Of a DNA stretch of 64,000 nt, positions 52,548-62,643 are shown piece after piece. The stretch spans positions 512,001-576,000 of the forward strand of contig AP024596.1 in the NCBI GenBank assembly GCA_019704295.1. The letters are read 5' to 3'. The position numbers and the translations under genes were made by a program. The notes beneath the pieces are model-generated. The model worked only from the letters and a program-made list of their open reading frames with translations. It searched no databases and was not told the DNA's origin. This stretch comes from Sulfolobales archaeon HS-7. GTDB lineage: Archaea; Thermoproteota; Thermoprotei_A; Sulfolobales; Sulfolobaceae. Every line of letters begins with the position of its first letter. Within the stretch, counting starts at the first letter, position 1.

Positions 52548-53718
52548 GATAGTCCCTAAGATGTCTTGTTATAAGAAAGTTATTCTTTACATGTTCACGT
52601 CCATTTTTCCCTAACTGTTCGGAGACTTCGCGCTTTCTTAGCAAGTATAAAGAGTAATGAGCCGCTTGTTCTACCGAGTTAACTAGATAACCTGTCACAC
52701 CGGGTATGACCTGAAGAGGGATGCCCCCAGTGTTTCCACCGATAACTGGCTTTGCTTTCCACAACGCCTCACTAACGGTTAACCCAAATCCCTCTTTCAC
52801 CGACTTCTGCATTATTACACTTCCTCCCCTCTGAAAAGCGTTTATTTCTAGATCACTAAAGGGAGGCAACATTAATAGGTGTATATCGGGATCCGAACCG
52901 GCTTCAGCCAAGGTTTTCCTGTACACTTCCTCCCCCTCAGGATCATCTGATGCAGGACTCCCCACATATGCTAACTGGACATCTACGTGATTCTTAACTA
53001 TTTTGTAGGCCTTTATAACCCCTACTGGGTCCTTAGCGTAGTCGAATCTAGATATTTGCACTATAAAAGGCCTTTCAGGATCTATATCATATTTCATGAC
53101 GATTCTCTTCACAGTTGTATCGGATATATACTGATTTTTCACTGACAATGGATCAATCGACGGGGGGATTACGAACTGGGGAACGCTTAAATCACCTCTT
53201 CCGAATATCGGAGAGGATATGATCATGGCGTCGTATTTATTTATTCTCTCCTTTAGGAAACCCCAGACTTCACTCTCAGGTGAGGATATATCTATATGGC
53301 AACGCCATATCCACTTGCCTTTCCTTCTATAATCTATTAACCCCAGAGGTTGTGGATCGTGAATAAACATTACGTCGTAATCTAGAGGTAATTCGGAGGA
53401 ATTTATTGACTGCCACTTTTCGTAAGTCTCCTTCCAACCCTGAGGAACGTATGAATTACCCGTTTGAAGTGAATTGTGTATTCCCTTTGTAACCCTAAAG
53501 AATTCCTGATCTCCTCTTATTATCTTCCAGTCTACGTTAATTCCGAGTTCCTTCATAAGAGGAACCATTTTGTGTAAAATCTCCGCAACGCCGCCTCCTT
53601 CCTTCGTCGAATTTACGTGAAGTACTGAGATTCCCCTTAATCTTTCGGCTATCTTAAATATGGAATCCATTTCGTTTTCTCCTATAATTGGGAGATACTT
53701 CTCTATCAAAGGAACCAC
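52507..53718 (-). CDS. treT: trehalose glycosyltransferring synthase (GT4)
   Basis: HVNST.EGGGVAEIL, IHDPQP, WRCHID, SRFD.AKDP.G, EGFGLTVSEALWK. Confidence 0.94.
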   Translation of the reverse strand: MVPLIEKYLPIIGENEMDSIFKIAERLRGISVLHVNSTKEGGGVAEILHKMVPLMKELGINVDWKIIRGDQEFFRVTKGIHNSLQTGNSYVPQGWKETYEKWQSINSSELPLDYDVMFIHDPQPLGLIDYRRKGKWIWRCHIDISSPESEVWGFLKERINKYDAMIISSPIFGRGDLSVPQFVIPPSIDPLSVKNQYISDTTVKRIVMKYDIDPERPFIVQISRFDYAKDPVGVIKAYKIVKNHVDVQLAYVGSPASDDPEGEEVYRKTLAEAGSDPDIHLLMLPPFSDLEINAFQRGGSVIMQKSVKEGFGLTVSEALWKAKPVIGGNTGGIPLQVIPGVTGYLVNSVEQAAHYSLYLLRKREVSEQLGKNGREHVKNNFLITRHLRDYLMVISYVLGFSGA

Positions 53719-54368
53719 CTCTCCAAAACTAACAGTATGTCGCGTCTCAATTTTGTCTCGTCAGTATAGGTTTGAGGATCTATTTTAGATAGTTCATTAG
53801 CAGGTCCGTTTAGTCCCATACTTTCTAGCCAATTCGAAAAATCGTTCTTGGTGGTATATCCCATAACTCTTCTGAATACGAAGTGGTAAACCAAACCTCT
53901 AGCTGTCATAGTTGAAACAGAGTCGAGCAACTGACCAGGTGTTTCCACCCTTATCCCTGTGTCGTAAACAATAGGTGTACAACTCAGAAATGAAAACGGG
54001 TATCTGGCAACCCTGCTCGCCGAAAATTGAGAGAGAATGTTTATGATGTCCTTTCTGACATCTTCAACAGTTCTGGGTTCTCCGCCGGATATGTCGGAAA
54101 CCATATCCGCTATATCCTCTTCTTCTAACTGTGTCCTAAACCAGAACGCGAAGTCGTTATGGAGATCATCAGGTATGATATGAGACGTAAATACTGGATG
54201 GAACACGTGATAGAATATGGATAAACCGTTTGCCTTCTTAAGTCCCTCTATGAACTCCTGTAGGGTATAAGCCCTTATTCCAGTGTATATGGGAGGATAA
54301 TACGCTGCCCTAATTTCTAAAGGAACGGGGGCCTTTTCATCCAACTTTGAAAATAGACTACTTCTCAT
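53706..54368 (-). CDS. OrfY/DUF5752-family protein associated with TreT
   Basis: duplicated SIFYH..NDFA.W / LVYH..NDFS.W halves; overlaps treT start. Confidence 0.85.
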   Translation of the reverse strand: MRSSLFSKLDEKAPVPLEIRAAYYPPIYTGIRAYTLQEFIEGLKKANGLSIFYHVFHPVFTSHIIPDDLHNDFAFWFRTQLEEEDIADMVSDISGGEPRTVEDVRKDIINILSQFSASRVARYPFSFLSCTPIVYDTGIRVETPGQLLDSVSTMTARGLVYHFVFRRVMGYTTKNDFSNWLESMGLNGPANELSKIDPQTYTDETKLRRDILLVLERWFL

Positions 54369-54530
54369 CGCTTAGGATCTAGTATTTAAAAAAATTTAAA
54401 TCCATAATCTTCAGAGAATTACGTTGTACTCCACGAGAAGCCCAGCATCGACTTCTACTCAACACTTTACAGTATTAATGATAAACCCTAAAAGTGTATT
54501 ATACATAGCATTGAGTTCTGGAGTATCCAA

Positions 54531-56381
54531 TTAGATCAGATGAGAGGCTATTACGAATTCCGCATGGGACCAAACTAGCGGGATAACAGAGGACGATTTA
54601 TATGTATACGGGTCGACTTGTTCAGGTAAAAGACCGGCCGGGTTAGCCCTCTCTATAACCCAGTTTATCAGTGACAACGCTCCGCTTACGTTACCTAGCA
54701 TAGAGTTGTACTCAGCCATCCAGAGTGTACATATTATCCAAGGATTCGGTTTATCCGAAGTCCTCCTATATGGATCGTTCTCATACCTAGCAATTCCTCC
54801 TCCTGATGAGAGCAACGACTTAACCGCATTCATAGTTGCCTGCGACACCTTATCAAAAGGATCAAACATGCCGAAGAAGATTGAGGCGTAAACGCTCGAA
54901 TCAATAGTCTTATCTGGTACTAAATTTTCATCTAATCTCCTGATCATTCTTCCATCACTAACCATCCTCTTCATTGTTTCGCTCTTTACTTCCTCAGCAA
55001 CTGTCAACATATCCTTAGCCAATATGTCATCACCCATATCATTTACCAGCCTAGAAGCAGTCGTCAACGCGCCGTAGATGGTAGCAACAGTATAGGTATG
55101 TACACCGAACCTCTCCTCCCATAGATCAAAGGATGGCTTTGGAAGACCTTCTTCCATATAATTCATTATAAATCTGATAGCTGGCTTAGTGAATCTTTTG
55201 TAAATTTTTACTAATTCGTCTAAATCTTTGTAAAGTTCGTAATGTTTACCAATTGCCCAGACGGTTAATGCAGTCTCGTCCTCTTGAATAGGTAAGATCT
55301 CCTTTCCTGAGAAAACCCAGGGATGCCAGGAACTTGCCAACGTCATATCGGGATTGTATTTTTGAAATAGATAGCCCTCATCAGTAGCCATGCCCGAGAT
55401 GAAATTTAAGTACCGTAGACTCAAATCGCTATAACCCGCCACATCTAGCGCATAGCTTGCGTATGCCGCATCTCTAGGCCAAATATAATTATAAGTATCG
55501 CCATAGAGGTGGGCGAACGAGTAGTCAGAGGACGCTATTATTGAACCGTTGTCTCCGAGATGAGAACGAAGAACTAGGAGACTTATCTCGTATTCATTCT
55601 TTAAGGACTCTATGACTTTTTTCGCCCGCTTCATCCAGCTCTGCCAGAAAAGGTATGCCATTCCAAGTTCGCCCTCCATTAACGTTATGTCGATATTTTT
55701 GAGCCTAGATCTAATCGCCGAGAGATCTTCTGCTAACGTAAGCACGTGATAAAACCTGGAGGAGCCTGAGGGAGATAATTCAATTCTTACTTGAATTATA
55801 GACTCCACATCTCCTTGCGCTATTGGATAACTAAACACCTCCTCCTTTTTTACCATGTTCTCAATATCACTTTTACCCATCGCAAAAGAGAAAAATTGAG
55901 GTGATATCGGAGACATTACTTTCATGCCTACATATCTTCTAGATTTATAGTGTATTATGGAAAATGTCTTAGGATCGTAAAAAGAGGTATCGCCAATTGG
56001 ATTTCCGTAAAGATCAAAGTCATTAAGAAAAAACAATGAGATCTTCTGTTCCTTTTCAGACTTATTCTCAATTTTGAAAACCCTAAACAGAGTAGGCTGA
56101 TCAAGTTCTAAGTAAGAATGTGTAGTTAAGGTTACCCGTTTGTCTTTACATTCCGTGAACACAACAAAGGTATTTCTCTCGTACCTTGACTCGCAATTCC
56201 CTCCAGCGAAGTCAATTTCCTCCCCATTACTGAAGATTAATATCCTTTGGGTCTTTCCGTTTGTATGATTTTCCATTCCTACGTGTGGGTAATACAGATC
56301 GATAATCTCTCCTTTTAAATCGAAATTAATTAAGACCTTGCCGTTTCCAAGACTTATTGCCCTTTCATCAGTTAGCAACAT
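54531..56381 (-). CDS. GH15 glucoamylase/oligosaccharide amylase (second paralogue)
   Basis: YNYIWPRDAA, WHPW..PIQEDET, DLWEER, LPEQV, PLVWSHA. Confidence 0.9.
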   Translation of the reverse strand: MLLTDERAISLGNGKVLINFDLKGEIIDLYYPHVGMENHTNGKTQRILIFSNGEEIDFAGGNCESRYERNTFVVFTECKDKRVTLTTHSYLELDQPTLFRVFKIENKSEKEQKISLFFLNDFDLYGNPIGDTSFYDPKTFSIIHYKSRRYVGMKVMSPISPQFFSFAMGKSDIENMVKKEEVFSYPIAQGDVESIIQVRIELSPSGSSRFYHVLTLAEDLSAIRSRLKNIDITLMEGELGMAYLFWQSWMKRAKKVIESLKNEYEISLLVLRSHLGDNGSIIASSDYSFAHLYGDTYNYIWPRDAAYASYALDVAGYSDLSLRYLNFISGMATDEGYLFQKYNPDMTLASSWHPWVFSGKEILPIQEDETALTVWAIGKHYELYKDLDELVKIYKRFTKPAIRFIMNYMEEGLPKPSFDLWEERFGVHTYTVATIYGALTTASRLVNDMGDDILAKDMLTVAEEVKSETMKRMVSDGRMIRRLDENLVPDKTIDSSVYASIFFGMFDPFDKVSQATMNAVKSLLSSGGGIARYENDPYRRTSDKPNPWIICTLWMAEYNSMLGNVSGALSLINWVIERANPAGLLPEQVDPYTYKSSSVIPLVWSHAEFVIASHLI

Positions 56382-56490
56382 GGAAAAGATATATTAATAC
56401 ATCGTTTAAAATATCTCTGTTGATAAAAATGATGACGAACCTCCGAGCTCTATGTATGGCTGAAACGCTCTGGGCTGAAGAGGGATTCCG

Positions 56491-56781
56491 GTGAGAAGAT
56501 TCCTTCTTTCCTCAAATAGGACCCTCACGTATGTAATAACGATAGTAGCTGGTATTATAACGAAGATCGGTACGGGTTCCGATAAACTGACCGCAGCCAT
56601 CTTTTTCATTTCACTATATCCCTTAATCTTTTTAGAGGTCTCAAACGAGGCAGAGTTGACACTAATGTTATTCAGATCTACCGGTTTGGTGCTTTTACTT
56701 AGCATATCACTTGTTTTCTTACTTATAGCACGAGGAGGCCAAAAAGTAGCTAGAATATTTAGAAAAGGGTTTTTAAAATAA
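56491..56781 (+). CDS. possible small membrane protein
   Basis: 96-aa ORF with hydrophobic segments and GTG start; competes with an antisense ORF. Confidence 0.3.
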   Translation: MRRFLLSSNRTLTYVITIVAGIITKIGTGSDKLTAAIFFISLYPLIFLEVSNEAELTLMLFRSTGLVLLLSISLVFLLIARGGQKVARIFRKGFLK

Positions 56782-56802
56782 TAGTAGTTTTATCTTAAAT
56801 AA

Positions 56803-56880
56803 GGGTTAGGGGGAGGAAGCCACTTGATGAAACTCCCTGTGTCGTGATTGGTAGGTAGGCTTCCTAGCCTAAGGGAAGGA
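56803..56880 (+). ncRNA. candidate structured small RNA
   Basis: GC-rich island with AGGAAGCC/GGCTTCCT and TTAGG/CCTAA stems enclosing TGATGA; TTTTTAAA about 26-33 nt upstream. Confidence 0.35.
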
Positions 56881-57035
56881 GTGATAAGGTTAAGTAACTA
56901 GTATTCACGAGAAGTAAGTGCTAATTACGATAAACGCAGAACTCTAATTTATGGCGGTAATACCCGGTGAAATATGCAAACAAGATTTTTCATTAACAGG
57001 AATTATTAACCTAATTTTTGAAATTCTTGATTATC

Positions 57036-58085
57036 TTATATCGAGTTTAATAGAACGTCTTCGACCTTTTCAATTTGCTCGTTTGTCCCTATCGATATTC
57101 TATAAAGTCCATCATTTACTCTCCTTATTGCAATTCCGTGAGAGAACAGCAGGGATTTCAGATCCCTAGCGTCCTTAATAAGTATAAAATTGGTAACGGA
57201 GTCATATACCTTAAATCCGGCGCGTCTAAGCTTCTCAGTGAAGTTAGACCTGATCTTCGATATTATCGTGGCGTTTTCTAGAGCATATGACGGATCCAGT
57301 AGGGCCTCTATTGCACCCTCCAAAGAAGGGGCTGACACATCAAAAGGTGTAGTCGCTTTTCTTAGCGCATTGGTTATGTTTTCATTAGTAACGAGATAAC
57401 CGACCCTGAAGCCCGCCATTCCAAAAGCTTTACTAAAAGTTCTAATTACTATTAGGTTATCGTATTTATCAACTAGTCTAGTTACAGAGTATCCGGCGAA
57501 CTCGTGATACGCTTCATCAACCACTACTAGCCCATTAGTGGTCTCCAGAATTTCCCTTATTTCCTCCTCTTTTCCACCGAATATTTTAGCGCCAGTAGGA
57601 TTATTGGGATCATCAATAAAGGTTACTTTAGCGTCTCTAACACTGTTAACCAAAGCGTCTGTGTCCGCTCTCCATGTGTAGTTTTCTTCAATCAGGTTCA
57701 CTTTAGTTAAACGCAACTCCTTAACAGAAGAATACACAGAGTACATTGAGTAGCTGGGGAAATTAACCACAGCCTTTTCTCCTCTCCTTAATAAGTTATT
57801 GACGATCAGGCGTATTGCACCATCCCCTCCAGGAGTAGGTATTACGTTTTCTGACTTAACCCCACAGTACCTCCCTGCGAGTACCTTAAACATTTCGACT
57901 CTTTCTGGATTGGGATATCTATTGCCTTCCCTCGCAACCTCAACTATTCTCTTAATCACTCTCTCAGATGGGGAAAAGGGTGATTCATTAAGGTGAAGCC
58001 GTATTATATCGTTATAATCTGTAAAATCGTAAGTCTGAAGTCCTCTTAGGTACTTCAACCTATTATCAAGTTCCTCATTTATCAT
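57036..58085 (-). CDS. hisC: histidinol-phosphate aminotransferase (class I/II PLP)
   Basis: LHLNESP, NRYP, PNNPTG, VDEAY, RTFSKAFGMAGFRVGY, RISIG. Confidence 0.85.
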   Translation of the reverse strand: MINEELDNRLKYLRGLQTYDFTDYNDIIRLHLNESPFSPSERVIKRIVEVAREGNRYPNPERVEMFKVLAGRYCGVKSENVIPTPGGDGAIRLIVNNLLRRGEKAVVNFPSYSMYSVYSSVKELRLTKVNLIEENYTWRADTDALVNSVRDAKVTFIDDPNNPTGAKIFGGKEEEIREILETTNGLVVVDEAYHEFAGYSVTRLVDKYDNLIVIRTFSKAFGMAGFRVGYLVTNENITNALRKATTPFDVSAPSLEGAIEALLDPSYALENATIISKIRSNFTEKLRRAGFKVYDSVTNFILIKDARDLKSLLFSHGIAIRRVNDGLYRISIGTNEQIEKVEDVLLNSI

Positions 58086-58127
58086 GATCGAACATTAATG
58101 TTATTTACGTACATCGTAAAATAATTT

Positions 58128-58697
58128 TTGATGTCGCTAGTAGAGAAGGTGACTAGTGAGAGGACTCAAATCGTCTCATATTATAATCTACCTAAGTTGA
58201 CTATTGTAATTGAGGTTGCAAAGGCTGTGTCTAAGGAAAAACCTGTCTGTATATTTAACTTTGAGATATTGCAGAATATGATAACAGGGGAGGATATCAA
58301 GCTCTCATGTGTACCGGACTCTTACATAATTCAGATAGAACCGGAAGTAGTCAACCCTCGTTCAAACCTCGTTACCCTGATCAAGCCGACTAAGGGGTTT
58401 TTCCTAATTTCAGTCTCAAAGGTAGGTGATAGTAGATATTTAGCAGAAGGTGAGGATGGGTGGAAATGCTATTTCAAAATAACCGGGAACAGGTTAGAGG
58501 AAATTAAGCCAAGTAACGTCCAAGTCGAAATACTGAAACTCATTAGGGAAAACGGTTCCATGAAGATGAGGGACATTGTGGAGATAGTATCGAGGAGAAG
58601 CGGTATAGATAGGCAATGCATTAGAGAGGAAATAGGTGAACTCCTAAGGCGAAAAGCCGTAAAAATGGAAAAAGGCGTGGTTACTCCAGAAGAATAG
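58128..58697 (+). CDS. hypothetical protein with C-terminal winged-helix-like domain
   Basis: EILKLIRENGSMKMRDIV...IREEIGELLRRKAV pattern. Confidence 0.65.
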   Translation: MMSLVEKVTSERTQIVSYYNLPKLTIVIEVAKAVSKEKPVCIFNFEILQNMITGEDIKLSCVPDSYIIQIEPEVVNPRSNLVTLIKPTKGFFLISVSKVGDSRYLAEGEDGWKCYFKITGNRLEEIKPSNVQVEILKLIRENGSMKMRDIVEIVSRRSGIDRQCIREEIGELLRRKAVKMEKGVVTPEE

Positions 58698-61506
58698 CAG
58701 GTCTCAAGGGTATAGCAACTTTTCCAGTAAGATTTGTACCCTCACTTATTTCTATCTTATCCATTCCCGTTCTTCGCTTTATGAATTCGAGATTATCCCT
58801 TATGATATTATACTCGTTAAATTCATTTTCTAATAGGAACTTTCTGAACTCGGGTTCTAACTGGGTTACGACGTCGTAAAGTCTTTGAAGTGCCTTTACG
58901 TCAATCCTCTCCTCTTTTACGACTTCCCTTACGAACTCCTTAAATCCTCCTCCTTTTTCTAGGGAGTTAATGCACGTCCTGAGCAGTTTCATGTTATCCG
59001 AGAACGTTAATTTAGCAGTTTTCCCCTTCTTAATTTCCATTATCGACTGTATATCGGAAATGACCGAGTCGATATAATACTTAATCAGGAGCACATTAAC
59101 ATCGTACTCCTTATTCTCTGGCCATTTAGCATTGATGACAAAACCCTGTCCACCGTAAAGGTGCCATATTTCCTCCGATATATATGGAGCGAAGGGGGAT
59201 AACATAATCGCTAAGTTTTCGAAGAATTCCCTGATAACCTCTTGATTGGGTTCTTGACCAACAGATCTAACCCACTCGAGGTACTCATCATAGTACCTTT
59301 CCATCATGAAAAACGCGTCATTAACAGCTCCTCTGAAATCAAGGGTTTCCATTTCATCACTTACCTTTTTCACCGTTTTCTTTACAATAGAACTTAACCA
59401 CTTATCCTGAAGAGTGCAATACCGTTTTCTATTAGTGTCAAGTCCCTCTTTTGCCGATTGATAGATTTTCTTCAATTTACTGTTAATACTCTTGGCTAGA
59501 TCATCAGTGAAGTTTGCGTCAGACCACAAATCCGCTACACCTACTAACACAAGTCTGACCGTGTCAGGTCCGTACTTCTTAATAGCCTGTTCCAGAGGGA
59601 CGATATTCCTAAGTGATTTACTCATCTTTTTTCCCTCATACAGAATAAAGCCGTTTACGACTATTGACTTTGGCCATAGTTCCCTTGGAAACACCGCCAC
59701 GTGGTTAAACACGAAAAACGAAAGGTGATTAGCTATTAAGTCCTTTCCGCTGTGCCTGGAATCCAAGGGATACCAGTAGACGAATTCATCTCTCATCCTT
59801 TCCAACAATTGCCTATCGATCTTGTTCTCCTCAGACACCTTAACCGGGTCGCCTATACCAAGGAAAACGTAATCCCATAGGGATTGACTTAACTGAGAAG
59901 CCCTTATCTCATTCTCCTTTATTATGTGTGCAACGCAGTAAAAGGCCATGTAAATCGTAGAATCACTTAGGCTTTCTATTATCCACTTTCTATCCCATGG
60001 AAAGGGAGTTCCCAATCCTCTCGTTCTAGCACATGCCCTTCTATCAAGCCAATCGAAAACTGCCTCGAACTCCTTCCTTGCCTCTTGAGGGAATATCTGC
60101 ATTGCACTAAGGTATTCCTTTGCAGTCTTTTTCCACTCCGCGTTCCCGTAGTCTATAAACCACTGATCTTTAACCACATGAACTACAATCTCATTCCCGC
60201 ACCTACAGTAAACAGGCCTGTTCATTATCTCTAAAACTTTCGTACCGAGGCCTTTCTCAAGGATAAATTTCTTTACCACATCCCTAGCCTTTGGGACAGG
60301 CTGTTCAGCGATCATTGACGTTAATTCAGTATTTCCATTAACCAGTTTGCCGAGATCTTTTCTCATTTTTCCTGTGTTAAACTCCAACCTGTATAACTCC
60401 TTAGTTGCCTCCTCCAACTGTTCGTCGTTTTTGGGCTTCTTATCCTCCACTATTTTCTTAGCCGGAATCTCCCCTAGCGAATTCACTTCTATTACGGGAA
60501 TTGGGTTTACGTTCTTTCCCTCTTTAAGCAAGTAGTAATAGTCGAATGGCGCATGGGCGGGGACGCTCATAACTACCCCTGTCGCAGTTTTCGGATCAAC
60601 GAACGATGCGCCAATCACCTTCACTTTATTACCAGTTACCGGATTCATTACCTCCCTTCCGACCAGTTCTGCTCCCTTTAGGGCGACGCCCGTTTCCTTC
60701 ATATTCATCTGAAAGGAGAGTCTCTGGAAAGCCTTCCTAGAGATCCACCAATTACTTCCGTCTACTTCTACTTTAATGTAATCCTCCTTGGGATTGATCC
60801 AAAGGTTCGTTGCTCCGAATATCGTTTCTGGTCTTAACGTAGCAACGGGAAACACTCCATCTTCCGATTGAAAGAAAATAACTGTAAACTCGCCTATTTC
60901 AGGTTCCACATCGGACTTGGTATCATGCATGCCCACTGGCGTGTTATGAATAGGACACCAACCTACTGGATGTTCTCCCGTGACGATGAAGTTTTTTCCC
61001 TTCAGTTTAGAGAATTGCCATACAACCATCGCTGAGAACTCCGGATTGATGGAGGTAAATTCCCTTCTCCAATCTATGGAAAGACCTAGTTTTCTAAATC
61101 CCCTTTCAAATTCTCCCTTAAAGTAGTTAGCCATATATAGCGGATCGGCAAGCTTGGGTATTACGTCTTTGGGGATTTTATACAAGTTCTCGAAGATATC
61201 TATAAGCTCCTTGTCCCCCTTAGCTATATCATCAGCCATAGTAATAATCGGTGTCCCAGTAAAGTGAAAACCCATGGGAAAGAGGACGTTATACCCTCTA
61301 CTTCTCTTGTATCTCGCGAGGACGTCAGCTGTTACATATGTTCTGCCATGACCTATATGAGGTGGGCTGTTAGGATAGGGAAAGGCTGCCGTTACAAAGA
61401 ACTTCTTTCTTCCAGGTTCAGGTTCGGCATTGTGCACTCTGTTCTTTTCCCATTCGGCCTCCCATTTTCCGTAAATTGAAGAAAATTCGTCAATGTCATT
61501 CGTCAT
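58681..61506 (-). CDS. leuS: leucyl-tRNA synthetase (archaeal type)
   Basis: FPYPNS..HIGH, CP1 TLRPET and SVPAHAPFD, IESLSDSTIY, KMSKS all intact. Confidence 0.97.
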   Translation of the reverse strand: MTNDIDEFSSIYGKWEAEWEKNRVHNAEPEPGRKKFFVTAAFPYPNSPPHIGHGRTYVTADVLARYKRSRGYNVLFPMGFHFTGTPIITMADDIAKGDKELIDIFENLYKIPKDVIPKLADPLYMANYFKGEFERGFRKLGLSIDWRREFTSINPEFSAMVVWQFSKLKGKNFIVTGEHPVGWCPIHNTPVGMHDTKSDVEPEIGEFTVIFFQSEDGVFPVATLRPETIFGATNLWINPKEDYIKVEVDGSNWWISRKAFQRLSFQMNMKETGVALKGAELVGREVMNPVTGNKVKVIGASFVDPKTATGVVMSVPAHAPFDYYYLLKEGKNVNPIPVIEVNSLGEIPAKKIVEDKKPKNDEQLEEATKELYRLEFNTGKMRKDLGKLVNGNTELTSMIAEQPVPKARDVVKKFILEKGLGTKVLEIMNRPVYCRCGNEIVVHVVKDQWFIDYGNAEWKKTAKEYLSAMQIFPQEARKEFEAVFDWLDRRACARTRGLGTPFPWDRKWIIESLSDSTIYMAFYCVAHIIKENEIRASQLSQSLWDYVFLGIGDPVKVSEENKIDRQLLERMRDEFVYWYPLDSRHSGKDLIANHLSFFVFNHVAVFPRELWPKSIVVNGFILYEGKKMSKSLRNIVPLEQAIKKYGPDTVRLVLVGVADLWSDANFTDDLAKSINSKLKKIYQSAKEGLDTNRKRYCTLQDKWLSSIVKKTVKKVSDEMETLDFRGAVNDAFFMMERYYDEYLEWVRSVGQEPNQEVIREFFENLAIMLSPFAPYISEEIWHLYGGQGFVINAKWPENKEYDVNVLLIKYYIDSVISDIQSIMEIKKGKTAKLTFSDNMKLLRTCINSLEKGGGFKEFVREVVKEERIDVKALQRLYDVVTQLEPEFRKFLLENEFNEYNIIRDNLEFIKRRTGMDKIEISEGTNLTGKVAIPLRPAILLE

Positions 61507-61561
61507 GGTGTTAATAATATAACAAGCAAAATTTAAAGATATACTTCCGTGTTAGTTCACA

Positions 61562-62014
61562 TTGAGTAAATACATACCAAGAGATTCAAACCTCTTCTCA
61601 ATAATTAATGATATAGAAGAGCTTATTGCTAGGATTGAGCTAGCAAAGATAAAGGGTAACGATGAACAACTCTCCCAGGAATTATACAAAGTCCAAGGAG
61701 AGCTATTGCTAATTCAGAGAAAACTGTTAGGAGGTAATGAGGATATCAAGCAGTTAGTGAACAGGATTCGCGATAAGGTGGATGACTACAAGTCCAAAAT
61801 ATCCCCACCCAATCGATACGTAATGCCGAGCTCTTCCGAGAGCTTGATTTATCTGGATCTGACAAGGATATTTGCCAGGAAAATTGAAAATTCCCTTCTC
61901 AAATATAGAAAGGAGGATCAGGGAGTTGATACGTTTATAATAACATACATGGAAATGCTTTCACTACTTCTATTTTACATGCGCCTCTACATCGAAGGGA
62001 AAAAGGAAATTTAG
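61562..62014 (+). CDS. PduO-type cobalamin adenosyltransferase-like protein (degenerate)
   Basis: helical pattern D.EEL, Q..L, YVMP, R.FARK.E, Y...LS.LLF follows PduO but catalytic motifs are altered. Confidence 0.65.
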   Translation: MSKYIPRDSNLFSIINDIEELIARIELAKIKGNDEQLSQELYKVQGELLLIQRKLLGGNEDIKQLVNRIRDKVDDYKSKISPPNRYVMPSSSESLIYLDLTRIFARKIENSLLKYRKEDQGVDTFIITYMEMLSLLLFYMRLYIEGKKEI

Positions 62015-62376
62015 GTTTAACTGGGAATAATGAGGTACACTTTTAAGTAAATTATTTCGATCTTACGTACATGGCATCTACACATAGCGATTTCTTGTTT
62101 CTCACTAAAATCTAGATCCTGTAGAGGAGATTGGACAGAACCTTTCTATCACGACTTTCGGAAGACGGGTTTACGAAAGAGTCCAAACCCTTGAGTTCCC
62201 CATTCCATCGATATAACTTAGCTTTTAGGGCTAAGATCTAAGACATGTTACGGTTTCTCGTGTGATAATAGTATTTCCAATACAAGCTGTCCATCCTTAC
62301 GGATCTTTCCTTTTCCCTAACCTTCGTCATAGATAAAAGATAAAATTAACATTTACGTATAGTATAGGGATATATT

Positions 62377-62643
62377 GTGGCAGTGAAGAAGTTAGTGCTC
62401 GATGTTCTGAAACCGATAAAAGGGAGAACAATAATATCGATAGCGGATAGGTTGGCTAATTTAGACGGAATAACGACAGTTAACATATCGGTTACCGACA
62501 TGGATGTAGAGACAATGGGATTGAGCATCTTAATTGAGGGAGAGAATATAGTTTTTGATAAAATAGCTGAGGTACTAGAGGAGGAGGGGTGTGCAATACA
62601 TAGCATAGATCAAGTTATAAGTCAAGGAACCCGTGGGAAATAA
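62377..62643 (+). CDS. DUF211-family protein
   Basis: LVLDVLKP...IHSIDQV signature. Confidence 0.85.
   Translation: MAVKKLVLDVLKPIKGRTIISIADRLANLDGITTVNISVTDMDVETMGLSILIEGENIVFDKIAEVLEEEGCAIHSIDQVISQGTRGK

Noticed and set aside
58681-61506. leuS as the atypical duplicated Sulfolobales LeuRS paralogue
   Set aside because: HIGH, KMSKS and CP1 motifs look intact; paralogue identity needs a phylogeny
4077-62606. many short ORF-track entries antisense to or nested in confident genes (e.g. 5948..6364, 8044..8379, 11760..12158, 36446..36757, 51330..51677)
   Set aside because: shadow ORFs with Ser/Leu/Phe/Ile-rich composition expected from the reverse strand of real genes; no motifs
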